A program made the translations under genes and the position numbers. This document shows, in pieces, positions 42,441-53,321 of a DNA stretch of 64,000 bases. Location of the stretch: positions 70,494,001 to 70,558,000 of the forward strand of contig OZ241830.1 of NCBI GenBank assembly GCA_965202585.1. Reading direction: 5' to 3'. The first letter of the stretch is position 1. Every line of letters starts with the position of its first letter. The notes under the pieces were generated by a model. The model was not told the origin of the DNA, searched no databases, and worked only from the letters and a program-made list of their open reading frames with translations. Origin of the DNA: Thalia democratica (lineage: Eukaryota).

Positions 42441-43958
42441 TGCATTAAAAATTTCTTGCAGTTCAACAAAATAAACAAATGATGAAGTTGGTAAACATCT
42501 TGTTATTCCTCGTAAGTTTAATAAGAATTAATATAAAACTGAATTTAAGTGTTTTTGACCAAAACAAACGTTATATTTTAAGTAACTTAATTTTTTTGAA
42601 CTTTATTATTTAAAACATTGCTAGAATAGTTTTAGCAATATTAAGCTTTTGTAGTTACTCCAACAAGTACAATATTTAAATGAGAAGAAAATAAGTTTTC
42701 ATATTTATACTCTTGATTACGAATTTGAATTTTTCAAAATGTTTTAAAATATTTGTAATTAGCAATTTAAAATGTTTTGATTTTACAGGTATGCCTAAAG
42801 ATTGCTAATAGTGATGGAGGTTGGTTTAAATCTTTAACTTATTTGAAAAAATTTAGATTAAAAAATTATTTGTGTAAAACAAAGTACTATTACATACTAC
42901 TGCTTATAAAGTAGATAACTGAATATTCATCCGTTTTAAATTATAATTGAAATATTAAATCATTTAAGTAACTAATTATAAAATAAATGAATTAAAACTT
43001 TCGTCATGAAATATTTTTTTAATGTCAAATATGTTTTATAACTGGAATAATTTCTGTATACACTGAATTTTGTAGTATATATATATATTCACTCTTTGTT
43101 TAGACCTGAAAAAATGTGAAAAGCAAATTACAGTAGTTATATAGTTTGAAAATAATTTTTGAAACGTCAACATTTTAAGGGAAAATAAATTATATGGAAA
43201 ATAAATTATATCTATGCAAACAAAAGATGTAGCCTATATTTTTAAATAGTGGTTTGTGTTAATACTATAGCTCAAAGTTTTTTTAAGAATAAAAAAACTA
43301 CAAAAGTATCCTTCTGAAGCATAAAAATTTAACAAAAATTACTTTCTAAATAAAGAATAAGCGCTGTAAAACCATCTATTATGCAAGCACGTTTACTGGT
43401 TTGCAAGTTTACAGCATTGTGCTTATTATAAAGATAAATTCATTGTATGATTCAAGTAAAGCTACGCTTCGAAACTCTAGTCTCTTCTTTAAAACGTAAT
43501 GTTTCACAAACTTCCTAAAAATATCAGTATATCAATGTTAATGTATGCTTTATAAGCTTGAAAAAGAAGGTCAATTTCAAAAATTTTTTTTTGTAAATAA
43601 AAAATCTAAAATTCTATATAGCTTAAACATAAATATTATAGGACCCTTAATAAAGACCTTGGTTTTATTTTTACTTTAATTAAATTTCTTTTAATTCAAC
43701 ATCGAAAGAAGTCGTTTTTTGCTATTCTAAATTTAAAAACTACTTGTATTTAAATTTAAACATGTTTATGCAAGTACCATATTATTTTTCTAAAGAATAA
43801 ACCATGTTCTATTAGAAGTAAAAGTTTTCTAAATATTTATCAGTTAAGGCTTCTTGTTGTTAAATCAGTCAGTTAACCTTTGATCCCGCTGTTTATCTTA
43901 TTGTTTGCACACAAAAAGCTTGCTATCTCACAATAAACACAATTATATCCACAACAAG

Positions 43959-44185
43959 ACTTTGGCAAAAGATCAGTAACACCGACCACAAGTTTACCAA
44001 GTACTGCGATTTCAGCTTATGGGGCGAAATGGGATACGAACCTGAGTACAGCGACACTTGCACGAACAAGTATTACACCTGGGTGTGGGAGAACAACAAG
44101 TCTGTGAGGAAAGAGCACATGTCCGACAGTTCGTGGTGCCCGATTAAGGCTGGGAATGGTGCTAACGATTGGACCCGCTGTACCT
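43959..44185 (+). CDS. C-type-lectin-like gene, exon A (5' boundary uncertain; not in ORF track)
   Basis: Open frame 43864-44190 encoding ...LWQKISNTDHKFTKYCDFSLWGEMGYEPEYSDTCTNKYYTWVWENNKSVRKEHMSDSSWCPIKAGNGANDWTRCT. GC-richer than flanks. GTTAGT donor at 44186, phase 1, compatible with exon B. Confidence 0.7.
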
Positions 44186-44282
44186 GTTAGTTTTTCGAAC
44201 CGTTTTTATAATAAAACACGCTGGATTTTGATGAGTTCTGCAAATTAAAGTTATCTTTTAATTTAAACATCACGATTTTTAG

Positions 44283-44508
44283 ATTATAGATGGAATTACG
44301 AAGTAAACAATAACTTTTTGGGATACAACACAAAGGAATACGAATATGGATTTTTACGGTGGGACAGGAACAACTTCAGAAATGCGAGAAGGTCTTGCCT
44401 GGAAAAGGGAGTAGGTTGGGATCTTGCTAGTTTTCAAACCATGTTCAATACTTCACTGGGGGAAATTTATTAGGATGACAACTACTATCAATCAATGGAA
44501 AATTTAAG
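44283..44508 (+). CDS. C-type-lectin-like gene, exon B (N-half of CTLD; contains in-frame TAG at 44471-44473)
   Basis: TTTTTAG acceptor at 44281-44282. Encodes NFRNARRSCLEKGVGWDLASF, matching the CTLD A-x-x-x-C-x-x-x-G-x-x-L-A-S pattern. AG|GTTTGG donor at 44509, phase 2. Confidence 0.7.
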
Positions 44509-45434
44509 GTTTGGTTGATACTAGTAAACAAGCTAAATAATTATAATTGCAGTTTTTTGTCGTATTATAACCTACTGGTGGATCGTGTACATTAGGATGC
44601 TTATATATACAGCAGATTTTGAAATTTTGAGCTACTTATTTACGTTTCGAAAATGTCAGAAAAAAACCCTGGGCAAAATTTTAGATAATTTATAGAAAAA
44701 TCACCTTGAAATCATTCATTTTTCTTAAATAACCCAAATCAAAATGTATGGAACCCAAAAAACTCAATCTTAGGTATTTAGCTGCAGTTTTTTTATATGT
44801 AGCAATTGTCATTAAAAAAATATTGTGCATAATTAAAGGTGACATAATTAAAGTTTTATAGAGGCACTTCCTGATTCTTAGGACAAAAAAAACGGAAGTT
44901 CAAGAAAACTTACCATAAGTGATAAAATTGCATAAAATTAAGAAATGAAAAAACTTTCTTTAAATCGTTTTAAATTGTGCACAACTTGTTTTTTTTTTAA
45001 AATTGTCACATGTAAAAAATTTGCAGCTAAAAAATATGAGAATAAACTTTTTGTGTCCCATACAGTTTGCACTTGGCTGGTTTCAAAAAATCGAAAGGTG
45101 CCAAGGTAAAAGTTTTTCAAATCATCTAAAATTTTATACAAAGTGTTTTGTGATTTTAGCCAAATTGTAAAATAAGTTAAATTAAAACTCAAAGCTCGCT
45201 GTACTTATAAGCAACCTATTGTACATATTATAAGGTAAAGTCGTAATGGCATCTCAAAAATTAGACTAGTGGGTATTGTCACAGTTTGACGTTTCTCATT
45301 TATAACAGTAGATTACTTATTTTTCTAGTTATGTATACTTTTCAGTGTGTTGTTTTGTTTAAACAACCACTTTTAACATATATGTATTGTATACAGCATA
45401 AAATTAACACCCCTAACTACTTGTTTTTACAAAG

Positions 45435-45672
45435 GTCAATCCTGCACACCCTGAAGGGTGACAAGTACGACACCTATCACCGTGTTTGGGTGAGAAGCGA
45501 CCAGTCGTTCGCGGGCATGGGCAAGTACGAGAGGGCGAAGAACCTGCAGCACGCCGCCAGGAACTGCCTGGTGTTCGACCTCGCCAACGACACGATCAAG
45601 TTCGAACGATGCGACAACGACGAGAAGGAGTTCCTGGTTGTCTGCGAGTGGGACAGGATGAGCGTGTACTGA
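45435..45672 (+). CDS. C-type-lectin-like gene, terminal exon C (C-half of CTLD)
   Basis: Pyrimidine tract and AG at 45433-45434, phase 2. Encodes VWVR...NCLVF...ERCDNDEKEFLVVCEW, the CTLD C...C...F-x-C-E ending. About 58% GC counted; TGA stop. Confidence 0.8.
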
Positions 45673-45737
45673 CGCGTTGATGACGTACTGACGCATTGAT
45701 GACGTACTGACGCATTGATGACGTCTTGACGCGTTAC
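45666..45737. repeat. 19-bp tandem repeat (gtactgacgcRttgatgac, ~3.6 copies) overlapping the lectin stop codon
   Basis: Directly visible; the first unit includes the last Tyr codon and the TGA. Confidence 0.95.
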
Positions 45738-46496
45738 ATTTTTAATTTCCTTGCAACTCGTTAAACTTAATATAAGTTATTTTGATTGTGTTTTTTTTTT
45801 TTAATTTTTGGATTTTGAAGCTCGAATTTAGCTCCTAAATATAAATTTTGTTCATACAATCTCTTAAAAGTGAATTTGAAATGCATTAAACTATAAGAAT
45901 AATTTAAATATTAACCCATTTAAAAATTTTAAGCAAAATTAGTACATGTTAAAGATTTTATATTGATTATTACTTCGAGGTTATATTCTTAAATTGTTTC
46001 ACCTTCTGTGCGATCCATTAAACTCAATTTTTGTATTTGTTTTTTATTGAAAGTTTTTATTTATTTTACGCCCAAAGCTACCTACTAAAGAAGTGTTATC
46101 TACGAACTAGTTGAAAAATGCATTCAATTTCAAGATTGATTTTCAGAGTAATCCTTTTAAGAGCTTTTATAAAACTAAAACCATGGTAAATACTTTATAT
46201 TAATCATCATATGGACGATAACTACTATAATTGTTATAGTAGTTTATAAATAATAAAATATATGCTACATATTAAGTCGGTTCAATTACATATAGTTTAA
46301 TAACACAAAGATAGAACTCTCAGTGTCAGCAAGCGCTTTACAAAATAATTTAAAGTAACAAAACTAAATAATTTAAAAATTTGTAATATGTAGAAAATAA
46401 CTATATTAAAGTGGTAACTTTAAGCTAGTTTAGCTAAAAATAAAAAACATTTTAATGTATGTAATTAAAGTAATTTAAATGATTGAACGATATCTT

Positions 46497-46520
46497 TATA
46501 TATATATATATATATATATA
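46497..46520. repeat. (TA)12 microsatellite
   Basis: Direct inspection. Confidence 0.95.
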
Positions 46521-48790
46521 GTAATATAAGAGTTTGTTTAACAAATATAAACAACTTGATAACGGTTCTAAAAAGTACAATATTTAAATTCTAAATTTTG
46601 ATTGTGAATTTATATCAAAGAAGTATTTCAAATGTATAAAAAGAGTATAGCTGTTTTAAATCGAAAAACTAACAAACTTAAACAAAAATTTTAATAAAAA
46701 ATTTCTTTAGAAAAACATTATCTTTATTGTAAAAAAGTTCATAAACTGCTGAACATCAACCAAGAACTATGACGTAATGCAGGTAACTTTTATTCATTCC
46801 ATCAATTACTCCCAAAGAATATTTGCTGTTCTAAATTTTGTTCTGATCGTATTAAACATTTAAATTTTAATTTTTCAGTCTGGATTTGTATTAAAGAAGT
46901 GAAAAGTATAAGACAGAGTATTACTGTTTTGAAACAACTAAAAAAACCTTATATTAAAACTTAATAACAAGTTCCATTAGAAAAACATTTAATTAATGTA
47001 AAAAACTGTATAAACTAAAAAACATAATGCAAGTAATTATAATTCATTTTGTAAATTATTTTCCGGTAGGGTTTGTTTTTGAACTTTAGATTTAGATTTT
47101 GGGTTACAACTTTGATCTGATTTAAGTTTTCTACATCCGAAATCTCAAATGAGCAAATTTTTTGTTAAGAATCGTCATTTTGACTTTTTTTGACATTCTC
47201 CTAATTTGAAGAAATAGCCTATTTTAAACCTTGCCCGTGGATTCCTTTGTACACGTAAATAAAAGTGTTGTGTTGTATCTTTTTAAATTTATTTATTAAA
47301 ATTTATTCTAGTTTTATTGGACTGGCTTACCATTGTGTTTCTGCTACTTTTGAAAAGTTTGATTAGTTTACAAATATTATTCAGAAAACGATATAATAAT
47401 TTATAAACTAAGATAGTGATTTTCGTTAAAACTTTCCAACTTAGAATTAGAAAAATTACAAGTTTTCAGATCAATAAGTTAACTGTTTTTCTTTACTTAT
47501 AATAAATGGAGTTCTAATATAGTTGCATTGATAATAATTCTTTTCGGTTTGTTGGTTTAAAACCAATTTGCAGACACTTATACCAAAAGTTAAAAAAAAA
47601 TAAATTAAATAAAAATATATTACATAGTCATACGCTGCAAATGTATCCACAAGTATTTATTTAGGTAGCCTAAGCGGACTTATTTCCAAAAATATAACAC
47701 TTTGTCTGACTTACAAATGCTAAGAGATTTTCTAAAACTGTTTAATAATTTATGAAGCATTTATTAGTTAAAATTATATTCTGAACTTTACATCCAATTC
47801 TATTTTAAAACGCATTTTTGGTAAAAAAAAGCTTTTAAACTTGTAAACAATTAAAAAAAAGACTAAAAAATTTTGACTAAATAATTTAAACTGTAACAAG
47901 TTAATCTTTTTATTGTAATTTGATACTTGAAAAAATGGAAATTTTAAGACAAGTGTTGCAGAATTATGCAAAAAATAGTTCTTGATTTTTAAGATGAAGT
48001 CTTAAAAACTCATATGTAACAACGTTGTTTTTAGATGCACGAGTTCCAATACTTTAAATTCTTTAAAAAAAATAAAAGTCCACAACTCAACAAGTAAAGA
48101 ATTTTTGCAAAAATATTAAGTATGTATGTAGGTAATATTAATATCTACGAGTAAATTTTGAATTTATATATTTTTTGAGATATGGTTAAAATAATATCTA
48201 AAATGTAGCAGTTTTGAGTAAATCTATAACATCTTATAAAATATTTAAAAATTAAAAAGATGAAAAACTGACTTGTAAGTAATACCTACATTTGTGTTTT
48301 ATTTTTTTTAATGTACATTACTTTTTACGATATGGTCTTCCAAATACTTTTTTTTAGATTTTTAGTTGTCAGAGCTTGAATTAGTTGTTGTTAAATTCAC
48401 TGTTTGTCTAAACAACATTTTTGCATTGTTTTAGCACACTTTTATCGGTTTTTGCACTTGCAGATCTACAATACTTTTTCTTGCGAATTTCATTATCTTT
48501 TAAAGTTGGTTCTAATTCATTTTTAGCTAGTTTTAAGTAGTCTTTTTTTTTATAGGTTTAGAGAGATTTGATTGCGGTTTTTCGACTGCTTATTAAGTAA
48601 AGTTTAAGTTTAGATTTTTTATTTCAAAAAAGAACAGTTATTTCATTGTTAGAAAACTGACCATATGATAGAATTAAATCAAAGATCTTGTACTAATTTT
48701 TACTAGTTTTGCATTCAAAACAAGCGGTCAACAGTTTTAATAACTAAAAATCTTGACTTAATTATAGTTATAGTTTATTGAAAAACAAAA

Positions 48791-48890
48791 AAAAAGACGC
48801 TAAACGTATTTTAGCCTAGGACCTGGTGCACATAGAACCTTTCGGTCAATGAGTTATACACCAAGGATGCCTTTAAACGTGTTGTTCAGG
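48791..48890 (+). repeat. Dispersed ~95-bp repeat, copy A (also 52328-52428 on + and 55790-55880 on -)
   Basis: Shared blocks tagtcctaggacctgRtgcaca and ggatRccttttaacgt in the same spacing in all three copies. Confidence 0.7.
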
Positions 48891-49624
48891 ACTTGCGTAG
48901 AATTAATCTTGTTTTATAGGTTATTAATAATAAAAAGTATGTTGCAAGACGACGAATTGTTTTAAAATAGTTTAGAAAATATAAAACATTAGTTAAAAAC
49001 AAAACTAAGTTAATTAATTCAAAAAAATATATATTCCAGGTACTTTTTGATCACTGCTTATATACTGCTATAAATTTATAACATATTTTTTTTTAAAGTT
49101 TCAGTATGCAAATTTTTTAAAAGTTTAACTGCTGCAATCGCATTTAAAGCCGATTTTAATCTAATTACTGTACTACCCTTTTTTGCTATATATAACATTG
49201 TGGTAAACGTTAAAACTAAAACATATAAAATAGACTAGTGTTTTGCAGATTAAAAACTTACTTGTGCCATATTGGAAGCTATCACACATAGAAACGTTAA
49301 TAACTCTATTTAGCCTTTTAAACATTAAGGAACTTTTACTTAATAAATAATAGCTTTTATTTAAGTTGTTTGTGCATCGTAAATTTTATAAAGTTTTGAT
49401 GCAAAATAGTTTAATCAAAAACTATTAAGTACTATTTATAAAAACAAAACAATTATTAAAGAAGTTTATTTATATTCATTGTATGAAACATAAAACACAA
49501 ATGAACACCTAACAAAAGAAGCCAGTATTTATTTTGGCCATCATCAACAAAATTGAGATATTTTTCGCCATCGATAATAAGCAATGAACTACACCGCACG
49601 ACCACAACAACAGCATCCGAGACA

Positions 49625-49667
49625 GCCTACGACCGGTTACGTCGTTTTTAGGACTCATCAAGCAGAC
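49625..49667 (-). ncRNA. Degenerate minimal type I hammerhead motif on the opposite strand
   Basis: Minus strand reads gtctgc-TTGATGA-GTCC-taaaaa-CGAC-GTAA-C-cg-GTC-gtaggc. Stem I fully paired, but core positions are changed (C3U, GAAA to GUAA). Confidence 0.7.
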
Positions 49668-49748
49668 ATCAATTTTTCGACTTTACCCTCAAACGGTCGC
49701 TTTTAAGCCCGCTTGGTTAAGGTCACAACAGCGGTTTTTCGCGACTAA

Positions 49749-49791
49749 GCCCGCCTGGTGAGTCCTAAATAGGACGAAACCGGTCGTAGGT
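49749..49791 (+). ncRNA. Minimal type I hammerhead ribozyme motif (core variant CUGGUGA)
   Basis: gcccgc-CTGGTGA-GTCC-taaata-GGAC-GAAA-C-cg-GTC-gtaggt: perfect stem II, palindromic ACCGGT stem III, GUC cleavage triplet 49783-49785, stem I 5/6 paired. Confidence 0.8.
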
Positions 49792-50175
49792 TGTCTTGGA
49801 TGCTGTTGTTGTTGGTCGTGCGGTGAGGTTCATTGGTTATTGCTAACAAAATAAAATATTTAAGATCTTATTTGAAAATAAAAGTATACAAGTTTAGCTT
49901 GTAGGGCAATCTAAAAATTAATATAAAGCTAAATAAAGGACTACAAACAAAACTGTGATTTATGAAAAAAAACTAAAATTTCTTTTAAGTTTCAAAAAAT
50001 ATAATGCTATAGACTCTACAAAAACGTATATTATTTTTGTACATACGAAAATTAAAAATGGTATAGTTTAAATAATGAAGAAATCTTGTTTATTTACTTT
50101 GCTTCGACAAACAAGTTAAATTTTATCAGCTTGAAAAACAACGTTACATATTTAATAAAAATCTTGTTAAAGGTA

Positions 50176-51605
50176 TTACTTTAAAAACTTCTGTACTTTA
50201 ATACAAGAGCAGCCATAACGTAGTTCATAATTTAAGTTTTTATAATATCTACGTGACCACTTATTCCTATCAATATCATATTTATGTTGTTCGTATCTGC
50301 TGTAAACCACGATATAGTTACCAAAAATTACTGGGTTAAAAGAGAAATTCCACAACTCTGCTATGTAACAGAACTTCTTAGAAAATGAGTCATATACTTC
50401 ACACGAACTACGATATCGATCGCTGATAACAAACAACTTATTTCCTTTTGTAATAACTTCTGCATTAAGTCTTTCGATTTGCATATCAGCCAGAAATGTC
50501 CATTCGTTAAGGTAATGGTCATATTTTTCAACTGATTTTAGTTTGGAACATGTTTCCCTATTGCAGCCACCAACCACTACGCATTGACCTTGAAAAACAG
50601 TGCATGAGGCGTAAAACCTTTCTACATTGAAAGAGGATATGCTATCCCAATTATTTTCTACCGGATCATAAACATAGTTACAACCAAACAAATCTCCAAA
50701 AACGTATATTTTGTTCATGAACGAACAAACACAAGAGTATTCAAGATGTGAACCAGGAAAAGGAGCTATTAAACTCCAAATGTTCGATTTTCTGCAGTAA
50801 ACTTCAGATGACTGCACATCGTTATGATTTGAATCTCGACCACCAAAACAATATACTTTGCTTCCAATTACAGCAGTCTTGCATTCGTTTCTTTGTTCTT
50901 GCATTATGCTCGTTGTCATGCCAGTTACAATAGTTTGTTTGCTATTTAAGTTAATAGTATGGTAAACAGCATTGCGGTGATTAATTTTTAAACCAGAAAA
51001 TCTTAACTTTTCTGATCCACCGATCAACATGATCTGTTTAGACTCGAATAAAGAATGATAAAAGCGATTTTGAAACTGAATGTTTGATGTTTTACTTTCA
51101 CAGTTAGTTTTGCTGTTTATTGCCTTTTTAACTGTTTGCTTACAGCTTATGTTTTTTCTGCATATACTATGGTCTCTTACCACATCAGTTAATATTTTGT
51201 TAGAAAGTAAAGGTAGTCTTATTAACTTAAGAAGCGTATTCATGTGTTTAGTACGATTTTTTGGTTTGTAATTTATCCAATCGACTGCTGCATTGAAAAG
51301 CTCCAGCTCTGAAGATATTTGCAATTCAGAGCAAGAAAATATTCGACAAATATCTTCAAATTGAAGCTTGTAAAACGACGTTTTATTTTCATCTAAGATA
51401 TATTGCTGCAATAAGTAATTGTAAAAGTAGTTTGTTAGATTTTTCAGTCTATATAACTTACTTATTTTGAAATAAAATAAATAGTTTTTTAAGTTTAATT
51501 TTCTGAAAATATAGTAACTGATAGTTGTTTTCGCTTTTTCACATTCCAAGTAGTTTGCTGCATCCAAAAGTTGCAATAAGTTCTCATCGTTTATTTCCAC
51601 GTTTC
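50176..51605 (-). CDS. Kelch-like (BTB-BACK-Kelch) protein, exon 2: end of BTB, BACK domain, Kelch repeats
   Basis: 474-aa ORF with ENLLQLLDAANYL, SELELFNAAVDWI, IRLPLL and repeated hydrophobic-GG...Y...W Kelch motifs. The ORF-track start is a GTG; a TTTTTAAG acceptor lies at 51606-51607. Confidence 0.92.
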
Positions 51606-53062
51606 CTTAAAAATTCCACAATTAAGAAATATTTAAATACTTTTAAAGTTTAAATATTAATAAAGATATTGTTTTAAAGTACAATAACCTGCCAACAAGG
51701 TACAAACGTTGAACACAGCATATCAAACTAGCAGTGTGTACTGCGTACCTAGTAATTTTTGGTCTTTAAATACTAAACTTAAGTCATATACAAACTTATA
51801 GAAGTAACTGAAGTTTCCATATAACTACTAAAACAAAACTTTGTAAAAGTGAAAATGTTATCATAGAATCAAAACATATTTGTTGATATAAATAGTCTTG
51901 AGTATTCATTAAGGTTAGGTGTCAAATTTGTACAAGCGGACTACATTGCAGGGAAATACTTTTGCATGAGGGGATTTAATTGCACTAGCGTACTAAATTG
52001 AACGAATACTTCTTTACACGAAGAGATTTTTGCAGGGTTGATTTGTTTTTGACTATTTTATATCTTCTATCACTGTTACCCAAACCATTACCCTCAGTTG
52101 GTAATTCATTTTTGTTTTTAGTAATTTATCTTTTAGTTAACTTTTGTTTTGTTTTTTATATATATTTTTCTTTTTATTTTTACTCTCTTAAAAAATTGTA
52201 TTGTCTTCGTGCAAATTTTCACCCTCGTTCAAATTTAGTCTTTGAGCATTTTTGACCCGTTACCAGTCATTTAATATATGTAGCTTGTAAACTTACATAG
52301 TACATATAGTTATAGTTGATTGAAGGACAAAAAACGCTCAAAGTTTTAGTCCTAGAACCTAATGAACAAAAAAAAATCCGGTTATCGAGCCGCACATTAA
52401 CTCGATGCCTTTTAACGTATTGTTCGAGGCTGATTAACACTTAATTAAAAGTAAAAAAATATTGATCTAAAAAGGTTATAATGCTTTATTAAACTGTGCT
52501 ATTTCAAACAAGGTAGCGCGGAGTTATAAAACTTACTACAGCTAATGGTTTAGCAGTGTTTGTATTGTGATTGGTTTTCTTTGTAAAAAACAACAATAAG
52601 GGATTTAATGGTGTCTCTTAGATAAAAGTTGTATGGTGCTCACAGTAGAATGTGGTTTCTCAGTCAATATTGGCAGTAATGGATTTAAAAAATAGTGCTA
52701 AACTATTACTTAAGCTTTCTTTTTGCTTATTTTGTTTAAACTTATTTGTCATGGTTACGACAATTTCAGGTTATTTGGGCTAACTAGGACAATTACGGAT
52801 AGCATTATTTATTTTTCAAAAACTCAGTGCATTTTGATTTTACTTTTAAATATGGAGTTTTTGGATAAAAAATGCGTGCAATACCGGCAGTGCGAATCTA
52901 GGAAAAGCGTACCTAGCTGGCCGGTTACTTTTTTTTTTAGATTTAAAAAAATGGTAGAGTCGTTACTTTAGAATTTAATTTTCGGATTGATATAAATAAG
53001 AATAATGAATTAAAAATATGGCTAAAAAGTAGCAAAATATTAAAGAAATAGTAATAACTAAC

Positions 53063-53321
53063 CTTCAACAACAATCTTCATTAATGCATCAAGTATTTTT
53101 TTCCCACCACAAGCTAAGCTTACGTGTATTTCATTTTCTTTGAAGAGAAGAAGATTGAACTTATCACTAAAATAACGAAAGCTAACTATTAATTTTTGTA
53201 AGCTTACGTTGAATGTTAGTGTTCTAGAGCCAAACACTATTTTCAAACCTGGTTCGTTTGAACCTGTACATGTAAGTGTGTCGGTACGAGTCACATGTTT
53301 TGATCCATTGACCATCTTCAC
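53063..53321 (-). CDS. Kelch-like protein, exon 1: BTB/POZ domain
   Basis: IVFGSRTLTFNV...FRYFSDKF...KENEIHVSL...ILDALMKIVVEG is BTB-like. GTTAGT donor at 53062, phase 1, splices in frame to give ...VVEGNVEINDENL; spliced CDS about 562 aa. Confidence 0.8.

Larger units (their letters stand above)
49575..49841. mobile_element. GC-rich inverted repeat (~88-bp arms, ~90-bp spacer), Penelope-like pLTR/retrozyme-type relic
   Basis: caatgaac..ccgcacgacca..aacaacagcatcc..gacagcctacgaccgg.. pairs with ..ccggtcgtaggttgtc..ggatgctgttgtt..tggtcgtgcgg..gttcattg. Each arm carries a hammerhead motif. Confidence 0.75.

Noticed and set aside
42789-42819. Candidate upstream micro-exon of the lectin gene (ttttacag|...gatggag|gttggt)
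   Set aside because: Splice-like words are common at this composition; no homology or phase evidence.
45436-45696. Antisense and alternate-frame ORFs over lectin exon C
   Set aside because: Shadow ORFs of a GC-rich coding exon; no independent motifs.
48380-48660. Cys/Lys-rich minus-strand patch reminiscent of a piggyBac C-terminus
   Set aside because: Requires several frameshifts; no DDD core or TIRs found.
50176-50178. Genome-wide TAA/TAG=Gln code for the host
   Set aside because: The Kelch gene ends at a natural C-terminus with TAA, has no internal TAR despite many Gln, and the next in-frame TGA is ~165 codons away in UTR-like sequence.
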